NCBI GenBank assembly: GCA_963765675.1
Contig: CAVXXK010000001.1
Coordinates: 2,112,001 to 2,176,000 of the forward strand
Direction: 5' to 3'
Length of the DNA stretch: 64,000 nucleotides
Source of the DNA: an uncultured delta proteobacterium
GTDB lineage: Bacteria > Desulfobacterota > Binatia > Binatales > Binataceae
Shown here piece after piece: positions 48,524-59,057 of this stretch (positions are counted from its first letter, which is position 1; each line of letters opens with the position of its first letter). The translations under genes were made by a program, and so were the position numbers. The notes under the pieces are model-generated. The model was not told the DNA's origin. It did not search any database and saw nothing but the letters and a program-made list of their open reading frames with translations.

Positions 48524-49442
48524 TTACGCGAACGCCGGCATCACCTCGTGCGCGAACAACTCGACCGACTGGGGCTGATTAAAGTCCGCGAACATGATCG
48601 TGAAGGTGTGGATGCCCATCGCGACGCGCTTCTTGAGCTCTTCGACCACCACCTTCGGCGTGCCCTTGATCGCGGTCGAAGCGAACGGCAGCGCCTGCGC
48701 CATCTTCCACTTCTGCTCGACCTCGGCGTCGGTCGCGCCGATCGCGATCAGCAACTGCTCGGAGATATCGATATGGTTGATATCGCGGTCCACGTCCTTG
48801 CAATGCTGCTTCAGCACGCCCAGCTTGTGCTCGAAACTGGTGTAGCCGGCGGGGCAGTTCCAGCGGTCGGCGTAGCGCGCGACCAGCTTCAGCATCACCT
48901 TCTCTCCGCTGCCGCCAATTGTGATCGGAGGATGCGGCTTCTGCACCGGCTTGGGACTGTTGATCGCTTCGTCGATCGTGTAATGCCGCCCCTTAAACGT
49001 CGCGCGCTTCTCCGTGAACATCATCCGCAGAATATGCACGCCTTCCTCGAACTGCTTGAGCCGCACGCCCATCGAGGGGAACTCGTATCCGTAGGCCTTG
49101 TATTCCTCGTTCATCCAGCCGGCGCCGATTCCGACTTCGAGGCGTCCGTTCGAGATCTGATCGATCGTGGTCAGCGACTTCGCGAGCAGCGCCGGGTTGC
49201 GGTACGAGTTGCAGATGACCAGCGTGCCGATGCGGATTTTTTCGGTGCGCGCGGCGAGTCCCGCCATCGCGGTCAGGCATTCGATATGGTCGAGATCCGG
49301 CATCCCGCGGGTCCACATGTGATCGACCAGCCAGATCGAATGATAGCCGAGCTTTTCGCAGAGCAGCGCGCGTTCGAGCAGCCCCTTGAAGTTGAGTCCG
49401 GCCTGCGGAGAGAACAAGGCGAATTGCGGTTTCTGTGGCCAT
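48524..49442 (-). CDS. LLM-class (probably F420-dependent) oxidoreductase; ATG out of frame with the body (likely 1-nt indel)
   Basis: WLVDH, YRNPALLAKS, GRLEVGIGAGW, GGSGEK; RBS GGGAG plus ATG at 49442 is off-frame from QKPQFALF. Confidence 0.88.
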
Positions 49443-49579
49443 CGTAAAAACTCCCACCTGATGATTGCGAAGAATCGGGTTACCGCAATGGTTTCGCACG
49501 GCTTGTGGCGAAGGGTCAACCGCCGATGCACCGTGGCGGTCCGGATGCTATAAGAGCGCGGCAACCCGGAGGGTTATCG

Positions 49580-50785
49580 ATGGCACTGCCAGGCGCATCC
49601 AGAGAACCGCGAAAGGCGGCAATCCTCTTACGATTCGCGCGAATCGCAATCGCGACAGCTTTCCTGCTCGTCGTGGGATTCATTCCTCGCGCGGCGAGCG
49701 CGGCGCCGCGGCCGAGCGCCGAGGCGCAGTTCACCAACGCCGGCGGTCCGCGCGCGATCGAGAAGGCGCCCGGAGTTTACGAATGGCGCTATATCGCGAA
49801 GCCCGGGCCGACCGAATACGACGAGATCGCGCTGCATCGAATTGCGCTCGGCCCCCAGCTCGAGGCGCATCGCGCGATCACGGTGCTCTATCTCCCGGGC
49901 ACCAACATGAACGGCGAGGCCGTGCTCGAGAATCCGCGCTACTCCTTTCCGGTCTATCTGGCCGCACACGGCGTCGACGTGTGGACGATGGACTATCGCA
50001 CGCATTTCGTTCCTGCCGCGGTTCCAGTAAGCGTGATCGCGCCGGTGATGAGGCGCTGGACCAACGAGCTGTTCGCCGGCGATATCGAATCGGCGGCGGA
50101 ATTTATTCTGAACCAGACCAAGTCGGACAAGATCTTTGTCGCGGGCTTCAGCCGCGGAGTCGAGTTCGCCTACCTGTTCGCCGCGATTCATCCGGCGCAG
50201 GTTCGCGGGATTATCGCGCTCGACGGCTTTCTGCCGCGCCATCCGACCGCGCAGCAGCCGCCCGACCGAATCGTCGACGATATCGGCGGCGCGCATTTGA
50301 CCTACGAGAAGCGGCGGACGCTGATGCAGTTTGTGATCGACAATCCGGACGGTCCGGCGCCGATTCCGAAATACAAAACCGCGCGCGAGAACCTGATTCA
50401 TGTCGTCTATGACGCCAAGGATTTCGGCGGCAAGGGAGGACTTGCCAATCCTGTTGACGGCCACTCCGATCCGGTTGTGCTGGCGCGCTTGCTGATCGGC
50501 TACGATCGCTATTGGCCCGCGGTGCAGGATTACGAAAATCCGTTCACGCCGCCGCGCCTGCAGGCGCTCAACGCGTCGAAGATTCCGGTGATCGCATTCT
50601 CGAGCACCAATATCGCCACCGACTGGCCGGCGTGGGTGTACGAATCCGCAACGTCCACCGGGACCAGCAATCCGACCTTCACCAAGTTTCCCGGATGGGG
50701 CCATCTGGACGTGCTATGCGGGAACGCCGCCGAGGCCGAGGTCTTTGCGCGGACGCTCGAATGGCTCAGGCGGCATGCGAAGTAG
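49580..50785 (+). CDS. Secreted alpha/beta-fold hydrolase
   Basis: YLPGT, MDYR, nucleophile elbow GFSRG, C-terminal GHLD. Confidence 0.82.
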   Translation: MALPGASREPRKAAILLRFARIAIATAFLLVVGFIPRAASAAPRPSAEAQFTNAGGPRAIEKAPGVYEWRYIAKPGPTEYDEIALHRIALGPQLEAHRAITVLYLPGTNMNGEAVLENPRYSFPVYLAAHGVDVWTMDYRTHFVPAAVPVSVIAPVMRRWTNELFAGDIESAAEFILNQTKSDKIFVAGFSRGVEFAYLFAAIHPAQVRGIIALDGFLPRHPTAQQPPDRIVDDIGGAHLTYEKRRTLMQFVIDNPDGPAPIPKYKTARENLIHVVYDAKDFGGKGGLANPVDGHSDPVVLARLLIGYDRYWPAVQDYENPFTPPRLQALNASKIPVIAFSSTNIATDWPAWVYESATSTGTSNPTFTKFPGWGHLDVLCGNAAEAEVFARTLEWLRRHAK

Positions 50786-51053
50786 GCGGATAGGCGGGAG
50801 GCTCCGGACGCGCCGTGCGCTCGGCGGATACGGCAGGCAGTATCAGAACAGCCGCGAGCGTCCACATCCCGAAAATTCCGGCGGCCGCCCAAAGGGACGC
50901 GCGGCGTCCGCGGCGCGCGGCGATCACGGCGATCAGCGGCGCGAGCGCGAGGTCGACCACGATCGAGGTTGCGATGATCGTCTCGGGAGCGAGCCGGTTG
51001 CCCATCAAGGCAAAGCCCGAAGTGATGCTCAGGATAGTCGCTAGGGTATCCAT
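50766..51053 (-). CDS. Small membrane protein
   Basis: Hydrophobic segments with ARRGRR..W...G motif. Confidence 0.6.
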   Translation of the reverse strand: MDTLATILSITSGFALMGNRLAPETIIATSIVVDLALAPLIAVIAARRGRRASLWAAAGIFGMWTLAAVLILPAVSAERTARPEPPAYPPTSHAA

Positions 51054-51097
51054 CGTTTTTGCGCCGCTGCGCCGCATCCATGATATAGTCACAAGCC

Positions 51098-51442
51098 ATG
51101 GCACGACAGGACCTTGAGAGTGTGATCGCGAAGCTCCGGCAGATGGGCGAGGAAGGGCTTTCGAGTATCGTCAGCGAAGCGATGACCAACAGAAAACTGC
51201 GCTCTGGGTTGGGCCGCGCGGGCGAGAAGCTGATGGCGAACAAATCGTCGTTCGACCGCAACGTAGAGTCGATGCTCGACTTCGTGAATATCCCGTCGAA
51301 GAGAGACGTGCGCGATCTGAAGCAGCGCCTCGATCATCTGAGTTCGCAGCTCCTGAACCTCAGCATCAAGCTCGACCGCGTGCTCGCCGAAAAAGATCGA
51401 CCCGCCTCGATCAAGCCGATAAGAAAAGCTCCGAAGCGTTAG
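51098..51442 (+). CDS. Phasin-like coiled-coil protein
   Basis: NIPSKRDVRDLKQRLDHL motif typical of PHA-granule-associated proteins; basic tail. Confidence 0.6.
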   Translation: MARQDLESVIAKLRQMGEEGLSSIVSEAMTNRKLRSGLGRAGEKLMANKSSFDRNVESMLDFVNIPSKRDVRDLKQRLDHLSSQLLNLSIKLDRVLAEKDRPASIKPIRKAPKR

Positions 51443-51465
51443 CACGCGGTGCGCCAGATTCCGGG

Positions 51466-51941
51466 CAAGACTGTGCCCTGGATTTTTAGAATTCGGTCAA
51501 TTTGCGGTGGGTTCGTTTGGTATCTTTTCTAGTTGCGCAAAAAATAAACTCCTTGAAAATGCTGCCGATTTCGTGATGGTGGCTTCCTTTCGGCAGCTTT
51601 TTCGGTCACCGATTTTTGGACCCTCCGGCGCGGGAAGAAAAGACTAAACACGAAGACACCAAGGAAGAGGAAGACACTAAGGCACGAAGAATATTCTTTT
51701 CCGCGCGCGGCGCGCCGGAAATGGGTCAGTCCTTTGTGTCTTCGTGTCTTGGTGGTTGGACTGATGACTGCGCGCGTCGCGGGAGCATTCCACTTGGGTG
51801 AGGCACGTAAAGTGGTTCGCGATAGTGTGCGAGTTGCTTCCACCCGATCATTTTCGCACGAAGTGAATTTGAGCATAAGGCTGAACAGTTCAGCCATGAA
51901 CAAATCTGGCAAAAACCCGAACACTCGTTAGGGAAGTGGCG
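51466..51941 (-). repeat. AT-rich dispersed element, copy 2
   Basis: Reverse complement aligns with 6731-7148 and has about 57 extra nt in the middle. Confidence 0.9.
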
Positions 51942-52121
51942 GTGTCTCTGGATCGCGTGAAACGCCTGTGTCCCAAGGGTTTTGCGACCTGTGAAGATCG
52001 AGCTCACCGGCGCCCCCTTCTTACGCGGACGTGTCGATTTTTTTGCAAACCCCCGGCTGTTGTCGTCCTCCTATGAAAGTGTGTGGGCGACGAGCATCGT
52101 ATTCTCAGCCGATCCTGCGGC

Positions 52122-52489
52122 CGTCATTTCGACCGAAGGGAGAAATCCCCAGCGTCCATGCTTCACACCAACACCACCTGCAGAGGCCCTTCGTCCGGGA
52201 TTCCTCGCGCGGCAGCCACGCGCGGGAATGACAGACCACCGCACGAGTCTTCGTAGGGGCGGCTCGGAGCCGCCCGTCTTTCGCGCAGCCTGTCGCTACT
52301 CGCCAACTTTCATCTCGCGTGGTGGTCCATCGGACCCGTGAGGGTCTGAGGCGCAGGCGAAGGATCTCCGCGAAGCGATTGGCGCGGAGCGCATTGCGAT
52401 GCTGAAACGATCGGGCGGTTGCTGGTGATACGGAATATCGTCGCTGCACCCCCTCCTTTAATCCTCCCCCGTTAAGGAACGGGGGAGGA
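52122..52489. repeat. Mosaic of GTCAT-type, GTAG-type and CCTCCCCC-type palindromic repeats
   Basis: CGTCATTTCGACCGAAGGGAGAAATCCC (52122), GGGATTCCTCGCG..GGAATGAC (52197-52232), TTCGTAGGGGCGG..CCGCCCGT (52250), 12-bp hairpin 52462-52489. Confidence 0.75.
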
Positions 52490-52490
52490 A

Positions 52491-53587
52491 TCAGGCGGGA
52501 TGGAGGTTGGCGCCGATTTGCGCGAGGTCGGCGAGCGTGCGGGGTTCGTGGTCGAGCTCGGGCGAGAGCATCAGGGCGGCCCCGGCGGGCATCGCGGCGC
52601 GCAGAGTCTCGAACGAGATCGATTCGCGCTCTTTGAGAGCGGCGTAGTCATCGAGATTGCGTTTGAGCTTGCGCCTTAATGCAGCGGGGATTTTCGCGTG
52701 GCTGATTTCGGCCGCGTCGGGAAGATCAGCCATCGCGCGGTTCACGATCACTGCGCGCACCCGCAGATCGGCGCGTCCGAGGGCGGCGATAAACTCGCCC
52801 GCTTGCGCGATCCGCCCGGCCTCCGCAGTCGTCACGACGATCACCGCGGTGCTGTCCGCGTGCAGCATCGCGCGGGCGCGTTTTGCGCGCTCGGCGAAAC
52901 CTTCGTACATGCCCTCGAAGTTCCGGACGAACGCCTGCACGTCGCCGAGCAGCTTGAGTCCCGTCACGCGATCGAACGCCGACAGGACCGCCCGCGCCGC
53001 AAGGTCCACCATCCCAGTCGGCGAAGCGACCTTGTCGCGTGCCGAGCAGGGTGACCGCGCGCGAGCTGAGCAGCTCCAGGAGCCGCCGCGGAGCGTCGAG
53101 GAAGTCGAGCGCCTCGGCGGCGGGGGGAGTGTCGAGCACGATAAAATCAGTAGTGGGTTCGGCGGCCAGCTCCAGTAATTTCTCCATCGCCATGTAATCG
53201 GCGACGCCGGCGAAGGCGCTCGCGAGGTTTGCATAAATCCGCCCCGCGATAATCGCTTCGGCCGCGGCGGGCGACGCGGCGTAGCGGCGAACGATCGCGT
53301 CGAAAGTCGCCCGCGGATCGAGGCGCAGCGCGCGCAGCCGCCCGCGCGGCACCTGCACGAGCAGCGTGAGCGACGGAATCGAGATCAACCTCGCGCGGCT
53401 CCGACGCGCCGGCGTCGAGGCCGAGCGCGTCGAGCAGCCGCGGGGCAGGATCGACCGTCATCACGTCGACCGCGCGCCCGCTGCATGCGCTGTCGATCGC
53501 GAGCGCGGCGCTGATCGTGGTTTTGCCGACGCCGCCGGGACCGAGGCAGATCGCGAGCTTGCATCCTGCAAGATCGAGCCGGTTCAT
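52491..53587 (-). pseudogene. ArsA/Get3-like ATPase, second of a tandem pair; at least two frameshifts
   Basis: GPGGVGKTT, TVDPAPRL, then DTPPAAEALDFLDAP and AVIVNR in successive frames. Confidence 0.8.
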
Positions 53588-54473
53588 CGCGCGCGGCATC
53601 TCCGCCGCGAGGACCGCTCCGAGCTCCGCGATTTCCGGGCGTCCCATCGCGGGCCGATAGAGCATCTCGAGCTCGATCATCGGCACTCCAGCGCGGATAA
53701 ATTCCTTGCGCGCACGGCCGGCGGCGGTGCGTTCGCGCTCGCGACGCTGCGCCAGCGCGAAGTGCGCTCCGAGCTCCGCGATCGCGTGCATGTCCGCCTT
53801 GCTGAAAAGTGGCGCGGGCGTGCGATTCATGATCGCGGCGACCGTCGCGATTCCAAGATGCTCCCGCAGCGCGGCCGAGAGCTCCAGCGCCTCGCGGATC
53901 GCGAGCTCCTCGGGCGTTACGGTCAGCACGACGCCGAAGCGCCCGCGATCGACGAGAAAGCGTCTCGACGCTGTGCGCGATTCGATTAAGCGAGCCGACC
54001 GGCGCGATTCCTTTCACCCCGCGTGCGACCGCGAGAAGCTCGAGCGCGCTGCCCGACGCGGGCCCATCGACGACGACGTAGCGATCCTCCAGCGCGGCGT
54101 CGCCCGCCATGATCCGCAGCCGCTCGAGCATCAGGAAGGCTTCGAGGCCCGGCAGCGCGGCGGTGACGTAGCCGAAGGTTCTGCTCTTGAGCATCCGGCG
54201 CGAGATCGCGGCGACCGGCACGATCCGGCGCATGAACGCCTCGAGCTCGGCATGAGGGTTAAGCGCCATGACTTCGAGCGTCGCGCTCGCTCTGACAGGA
54301 GCGCCCGCCGACATCGGCGCGCCGAGCAGCATCGCGGCCGCGCTCATCCGCGGATCGAGGTCGGCGAGAATGGTAGGGCGCTCGAGCGACAGCGAATGGG
54401 CCAGCGCCGCGGCGACCGTGCTCTTGCCGGTGCCGCCCTTTCCGGTTACGAAGAGAAGCCGCGCGAGCGCCAT
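53584..54473 (-). pseudogene. ArsA/Get3-like ATPase, first of a tandem pair; frameshift near 53960
   Basis: VTGKGGTGKST, PGLE, VDGPASG, then VTPEELAIRE..MNR in another frame. Confidence 0.8.
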
Positions 54474-54562
54474 CGCCTTGAATCTATGGAGCGCGCGCCG
54501 CGCAGTAAACCGCAAGCCAAGTGGTGGGCCGGATTGAGCGCATGGCTCTCACGCGAGGGGCG

Positions 54563-54993
54563 TGTCCTGAGCAACGCCGAAGGAAATCCCGTGCTCGGCC
54601 ATCGGCCTTTACGCGGCTCGCGGGCGGGTGCATGAACGCTCCGGGATTTCTCGCCTACGGCTCGAAATGACGGTAGGCGGTTCGGCGGAAGCTACGATAC
54701 TGATACGCCTAGCCCACGCACGTCATTTCGACCCCTTCGACGCTGCTCAGGGCAGGCTCCGAGAGAAATCCCGAGGCGGCCATGCTCGGAGTTCACGCCT
54801 CATGCGGCGCCCTCGCGTCCCGGGATTTCTCGCGGGATCTGCCGCGCGACACGAAGCAGACGAAGCGATACAGGTTGTCTGATCGCGCTCGGAATGACAC
54901 AAAGGCAGGAAAGATTGTCATTCCGAGCGCGTATCGGCAGTGCAGATGGGAACGTGCGCACCACTTGGAGTGGCGGAAATCGCGAGGAATCTC
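54563..54993. repeat. Alternating-orientation cluster of five GTCAT-family units, the last two with 49-nt inserts
   Basis: Units at about 54563 (+, degenerate), 54643-54671 (-), 54721-54772 (+), 54822-54898 (-), 54917-54993 (+). Confidence 0.82.
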
Positions 54994-55050
54994 GCCCTCA
55001 CGCGCTGGCACGCACTCACGAGCAATTATGCAAAGCTCTCCACGCGCGGT

Positions 55051-55278
55051 ATGAACGATTCGACGCCCAGGCTCGGCAGTATCCTGATTGCGATTCCGCC
55101 CGCGGAGATCGTGCTGTTCAAGTCGATCCTCGAGGCGTACGACAACCTGGCGACGCTGCGGACTGAAGATCCCGTGCGGCACTACCTGCGGATTACCTTT
55201 GGCGAGGATCAACGCGCCGACGTCGAGCAGGTGCTCGACTCGCTCACCGCGCAATTCGGGATTCGCCGCCTCGACTGA
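55051..55278 (+). CDS. DUF4911-like small protein
   Basis: IVLFKSILEAYDNLATLRTED motif. Confidence 0.7.
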   Translation: MNDSTPRLGSILIAIPPAEIVLFKSILEAYDNLATLRTEDPVRHYLRITFGEDQRADVEQVLDSLTAQFGIRRLD

Positions 55279-55283
55279 GAGAA

Positions 55284-57683
55284 CTACTGCTCGATCTCGA
55301 CCGCGTAATCCTTGCCCTCCCACTGGTCCGTGTCCGGCCAATGAAAGGTGAAGCGCACCGGCGCGCGATCGGCGCTGCCGATATCGATATCGACGAAATA
55401 AACTCCGAGCGGTGCGGAATTGGCTGTCGTATCGATCGCGTGGCGCCATTCGTCCTTGGTCCAATGCAGGATGAACGGGCGCCCCACGAGGATGCGCAAG
55501 CGCACGGGAGCCTTGACCTGGCGTATTCGCCGCCGATTGTATTTCCAGATCTCCATCGCGCGGCGCGGCCGCGGCATCAGGTAGCGCTCGGCCACTTCGG
55601 GAATCAGATCGAACACCTGTCCGTCCCACGACGAGCGCAGCAGCTTGATATATTCCGCATGCGCCCACATCAGCGGCATCGCGGCTCCGGTCTGTTTGCC
55701 CAGGAACAGCAGCGCAGATGGTATGTCGGGCTGATCCCAGACCTGCTCGGGCAGTAGGCGCGTCTCGTTGGCGAAAGCCTCGAGCGCTCGCAGGTAGGGA
55801 GCCGGATCGCGTCCGGCGGCGAGCTCGTAATGTCCCCGCTCGCCGGTCAGAAGCGGCCACGGACGGCCGCGTCCGGAACCCATGAATGGACCGCCGTTAT
55901 CCTGTTGGCCGTATCCGTCGTAGGTATAGCGCCGCCAGCACGGTCCCTGCGGCAAGTTGGTCTTGAGCGCCGCATCGATCACGCGCAGCGAATCCTCCAT
56001 CAGCGGATCACCGGCGCGGCGGATTCCATAGCGCACCAGCTCCAGGAAGCCGGCATCGACGATCGCTGCCGCCGGAAAATCGGTCTGCACGCCGGGCGGC
56101 CGATTATGAATATGCACCGGCAGCGCGTCGGGATCTTCGTTGGGGTAGGGGCTCTCCGCGTCGGCCGTCGTGATGCGAACATAGTGGCGGCGGATGCCGG
56201 GCACCAGGAAGCCGTGATTGGTTACGGTCCATCGCTCGACGTGCGACTCGAGGAAGTCCGCGTATTCCTCCAGCAGTTGCGCGGTCACGCGATCGCCGCG
56301 CTCGAGCGCAAAGCAGGCGGCGCAAACCAGCGCGGCGATATTGCTCGCGAGCGTCGAGGGCGAAAATCCGCTGTTCTCTTCCCACCGCTCCTGCTGGGTT
56401 GCGGGTCCGTGGCGCAGAAGATAGCGCGACCCCGCCAGCACCATCGGATAAGGATCGAAATTCTGCAGCGCGTTCGCCTTGTGCATCCGCCACGCGAGCA
56501 TGATCGGAAAGGCGACTTCGTCGAGCTGGATTCCCTGCCAGTAGGGCATCCCGTCGATCCAGAAATTTTGCGAGAAGCCGCCGTCGGCGTGCTGGGTGCA
56601 GGCAAGATAGATAAGCGCGCGCATCGCAGTGGCGGCGTCGCCCGAGGCGAGCAGTCCGGTCGCGCTGTTGACCATGTCGCGGGTCCATACCAGATGGTAT
56701 CCGCCCAAATCTTCGTCGCCTTTCGCTTCGCCCCACGGGATGCTGAGCGAGGCGATTATCGCGCCGGGAAAACTTTTGTCCTCATGCGCGAGCAGCAGCT
56801 CGTGGCTGCGGCTATAGAGCTCGCCGCCGTCGCCCGACGATGCGCCGATCGGCAGGAAGTGGCGCGCGGCGCGCTCCCACTGCTCGATGAAGCGCTCGCG
56901 ATGCTCCTCGAACGGAGTTCCGAGCGACTGGAACAGACAGGTCACCGCGCGATGCGTCGAGCTGCCAAAGCCGAGCCCCAGGGTGAATTTGCGCGACGCG
57001 CTCAGATCGATTTCGCCGGTCAGCGCGATATTGCCGTCGGGCGCGGAGCCGAATTGATAATCAAGCTGGAAGTTCTGCGACAGATCCTGCCATCCGTCGG
57101 TCGTCCCGACGTATCCGCACGAGCGTTTGACGAACGGCACCGTCGCCGCCATCGCGAGCCACACTCCGTTTTTGTTCGCGGTGATAAATTCGCGGCCGAT
57201 GATGCTGGTGAGGTTGCCGTTGTTGCCCCATCCGCCGACGCACAGATGCGGCGAGAGCAATACGTACAGATGCAGCTTCGCGATGAAATCAGGATCGCCG
57301 GCCAGGCGCACGTCCATCAGGATCGAATTGCGATGCGGATCGGAAATGACTTCTTTTTCGATCTGGTAGCGTCCGGCGGGATCGCTATTGACGATTCGCA
57401 CGCCGAGTCCGTGCTGCGCCAGGTACTCGGTATGGCTAATCAGGTCGCGGCGCTCTTCGTGGAAGAAAGTCTTGCCGTCGGTCACCAGCAACTGCAGGTC
57501 GCGCACCTGCGGCTGATCGATCGTCGGATAATAAACTTCGTTGAGCACCCCCTTCGAGAGCGTGAACCACACCCGGCTGACCGACGAATACGCCGTGCCG
57601 ACGACCTCTTTGGCGCTGCGCGTCCATCGCGGCGGAATTCCCGGAGCGCCCGTGGCGCGCGGCTGATCTTGAAGTATTGCCAT
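55284..57683 (-). CDS. Glucoamylase, glycoside hydrolase family 15
   Basis: ASLSIPWG, YHLVWTRD, QERWEE, RRYTYDGY, LPEQVW, PLMWAHAEY. Confidence 0.93.
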   Translation of the reverse strand: MAILQDQPRATGAPGIPPRWTRSAKEVVGTAYSSVSRVWFTLSKGVLNEVYYPTIDQPQVRDLQLLVTDGKTFFHEERRDLISHTEYLAQHGLGVRIVNSDPAGRYQIEKEVISDPHRNSILMDVRLAGDPDFIAKLHLYVLLSPHLCVGGWGNNGNLTSIIGREFITANKNGVWLAMAATVPFVKRSCGYVGTTDGWQDLSQNFQLDYQFGSAPDGNIALTGEIDLSASRKFTLGLGFGSSTHRAVTCLFQSLGTPFEEHRERFIEQWERAARHFLPIGASSGDGGELYSRSHELLLAHEDKSFPGAIIASLSIPWGEAKGDEDLGGYHLVWTRDMVNSATGLLASGDAATAMRALIYLACTQHADGGFSQNFWIDGMPYWQGIQLDEVAFPIMLAWRMHKANALQNFDPYPMVLAGSRYLLRHGPATQQERWEENSGFSPSTLASNIAALVCAACFALERGDRVTAQLLEEYADFLESHVERWTVTNHGFLVPGIRRHYVRITTADAESPYPNEDPDALPVHIHNRPPGVQTDFPAAAIVDAGFLELVRYGIRRAGDPLMEDSLRVIDAALKTNLPQGPCWRRYTYDGYGQQDNGGPFMGSGRGRPWPLLTGERGHYELAAGRDPAPYLRALEAFANETRLLPEQVWDQPDIPSALLFLGKQTGAAMPLMWAHAEYIKLLRSSWDGQVFDLIPEVAERYLMPRPRRAMEIWKYNRRRIRQVKAPVRLRILVGRPFILHWTKDEWRHAIDTTANSAPLGVYFVDIDIGSADRAPVRFTFHWPDTDQWEGKDYAVEIEQ

Positions 57684-57719
57684 GTGAATTCCTCTTGTAG
57701 CGCGCGCGTTCCTCGAATG

Positions 57720-58601
57720 CTAACCGGCGTTCGCTCCGCCGGTTGGCGCAGGCGCGGGCGCCGCGGCCGCGGTGGTGCGGAAAACATAAGCCACTCCGAT
57801 ACTCAGTCCGTACAGGCCGAGCAGCGGAATCGCGAGCAGGAATTGCGACACCATGTCGGGCGGCGTGAGTATCGCCGAGACGACGAAAATCACCAATATC
57901 GCGTAGCGGAAGTAGTGGATCATCTGCTTGTAGTCGATCATGCCGAGCTTGGTCAGAAAGAACGCGAAGATCGGCATCTCGAACGTGATTCCAAAGGCCA
58001 GCAGCAGCTTGGCCGAGAACGCGAGGTACTCGCTGATCCGGATGGTCGGCGTGATTCCGATACTCGCGTACTCGCTCAGGAAGAACGCGTAGCCGATGTG
58101 GAACACCACCGCCCAGCAGAAATATCCGCCCAGAATAAAGAACACCGTCGCGGATACGATAAACGGAATCGCCATCCGCCGCTCGTTCTCGTACAGTCCC
58201 GGCGCGATGAATTTCCAGATTTGATAGAACACCGCCGGGCTCGCGATGAACAATCCCGCGATCAGCGCGACCTTGATCTTGGTGAAAAACGCCTCGCCGA
58301 CGCCCGTCCCGATCAGCAGCAGCTTGCCGTGCGCGACCTCGCGAATCGGCAGCGTCAGCGCGGCGAAGATCGGATCGGCGATCGCGTACGCGATCAGAAA
58401 TCCGGCCAGAAGCGCGATCGCCGCGTAGACCAGCCGCAGACGCAGTTCCTTCAGATGCTCGATCAGCGACATCCGGCCGAGCAGTCCGCCGTCGCCGTCA
58501 TCGAGCGGCTCGGGCGTGACCGATGGCGGCACGACGGGTGTCGCCGGTTCAGCCGCCTCGGGCGGATTCGTCGGCGGCGTGGTCAGGTCCTGGGTTCCCA
58601 C
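57720..58601 (-). CDS. tatC: Twin-arginine translocase subunit TatC
   Basis: MSLIEHLKELRLRL, YQIWKFIAPGLY, FGITFEMP, SAILTPPD. Confidence 0.96.
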   Translation of the reverse strand: MGTQDLTTPPTNPPEAAEPATPVVPPSVTPEPLDDGDGGLLGRMSLIEHLKELRLRLVYAAIALLAGFLIAYAIADPIFAALTLPIREVAHGKLLLIGTGVGEAFFTKIKVALIAGLFIASPAVFYQIWKFIAPGLYENERRMAIPFIVSATVFFILGGYFCWAVVFHIGYAFFLSEYASIGITPTIRISEYLAFSAKLLLAFGITFEMPIFAFFLTKLGMIDYKQMIHYFRYAILVIFVVSAILTPPDMVSQFLLAIPLLGLYGLSIGVAYVFRTTAAAAPAPAPTGGANAG

Positions 58602-58613
58602 AGTCGCGCGCGC

Positions 58614-58967
58614 TCAGGAGGGCTCATGCCCCGGCGGATCGGGCTTCGCCGCCGGAGTTTCGGCAGCGGGCGCCGCCGAGGTTTCCGGTGCTCGCGCAGG
58701 CGCGGCTATCGGCTGCGGCACCGCGGGACGAGTCGCACGCGCGGGATCCTCGAGCGGCGGCGGTGCGGCGGAATCGCCGCGACGCGGCTGGTCATTCGGC
58801 TGCTCTTCGAGCACGTCGCTCAGCTCGCGCATCACGGTGTTGCTCGCGGCGCGAAGCTCGCGCAATATCTTGCCTACCGTGCGCAAGACCTCGGGCAAAC
58901 GCTCCGGACCGAGCACCACCAGCGCGATCGCCAACACGATTACTATTTCAAACAGGTCCACTCGCAA
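58614..58967 (-). CDS. tatB: Twin-arginine translocase subunit TatB (TatA/B family)
   Basis: EIVIVLAIALVVLGPERLP followed by an amphipathic helix and Pro/Ala tail. Confidence 0.85.
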   Translation of the reverse strand: MRVDLFEIVIVLAIALVVLGPERLPEVLRTVGKILRELRAASNTVMRELSDVLEEQPNDQPRRGDSAAPPPLEDPARATRPAVPQPIAAPARAPETSAAPAAETPAAKPDPPGHEPS

Positions 58968-59057
58968 GATCGCGCCGCGCAGGCGCTATATTGTTTCAGC
59001 AGATTTGGGTGCATATCGCTCGACTGATCATTCTTAGCACAGATGGTGGAGTCAACG

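Noticed and set aside
42140-54993. Interpreting the 49-nt-insert units as a CRISPR array
   Set aside because: Units are inverted doublets rather than tandem direct repeats, inserts are homologous to each other, and no cas genes are present
55830-59027. 1065-aa plus-strand ORF
   Set aside because: Antisense to glucoamylase, tatC and tatB, with no recognisable motifs
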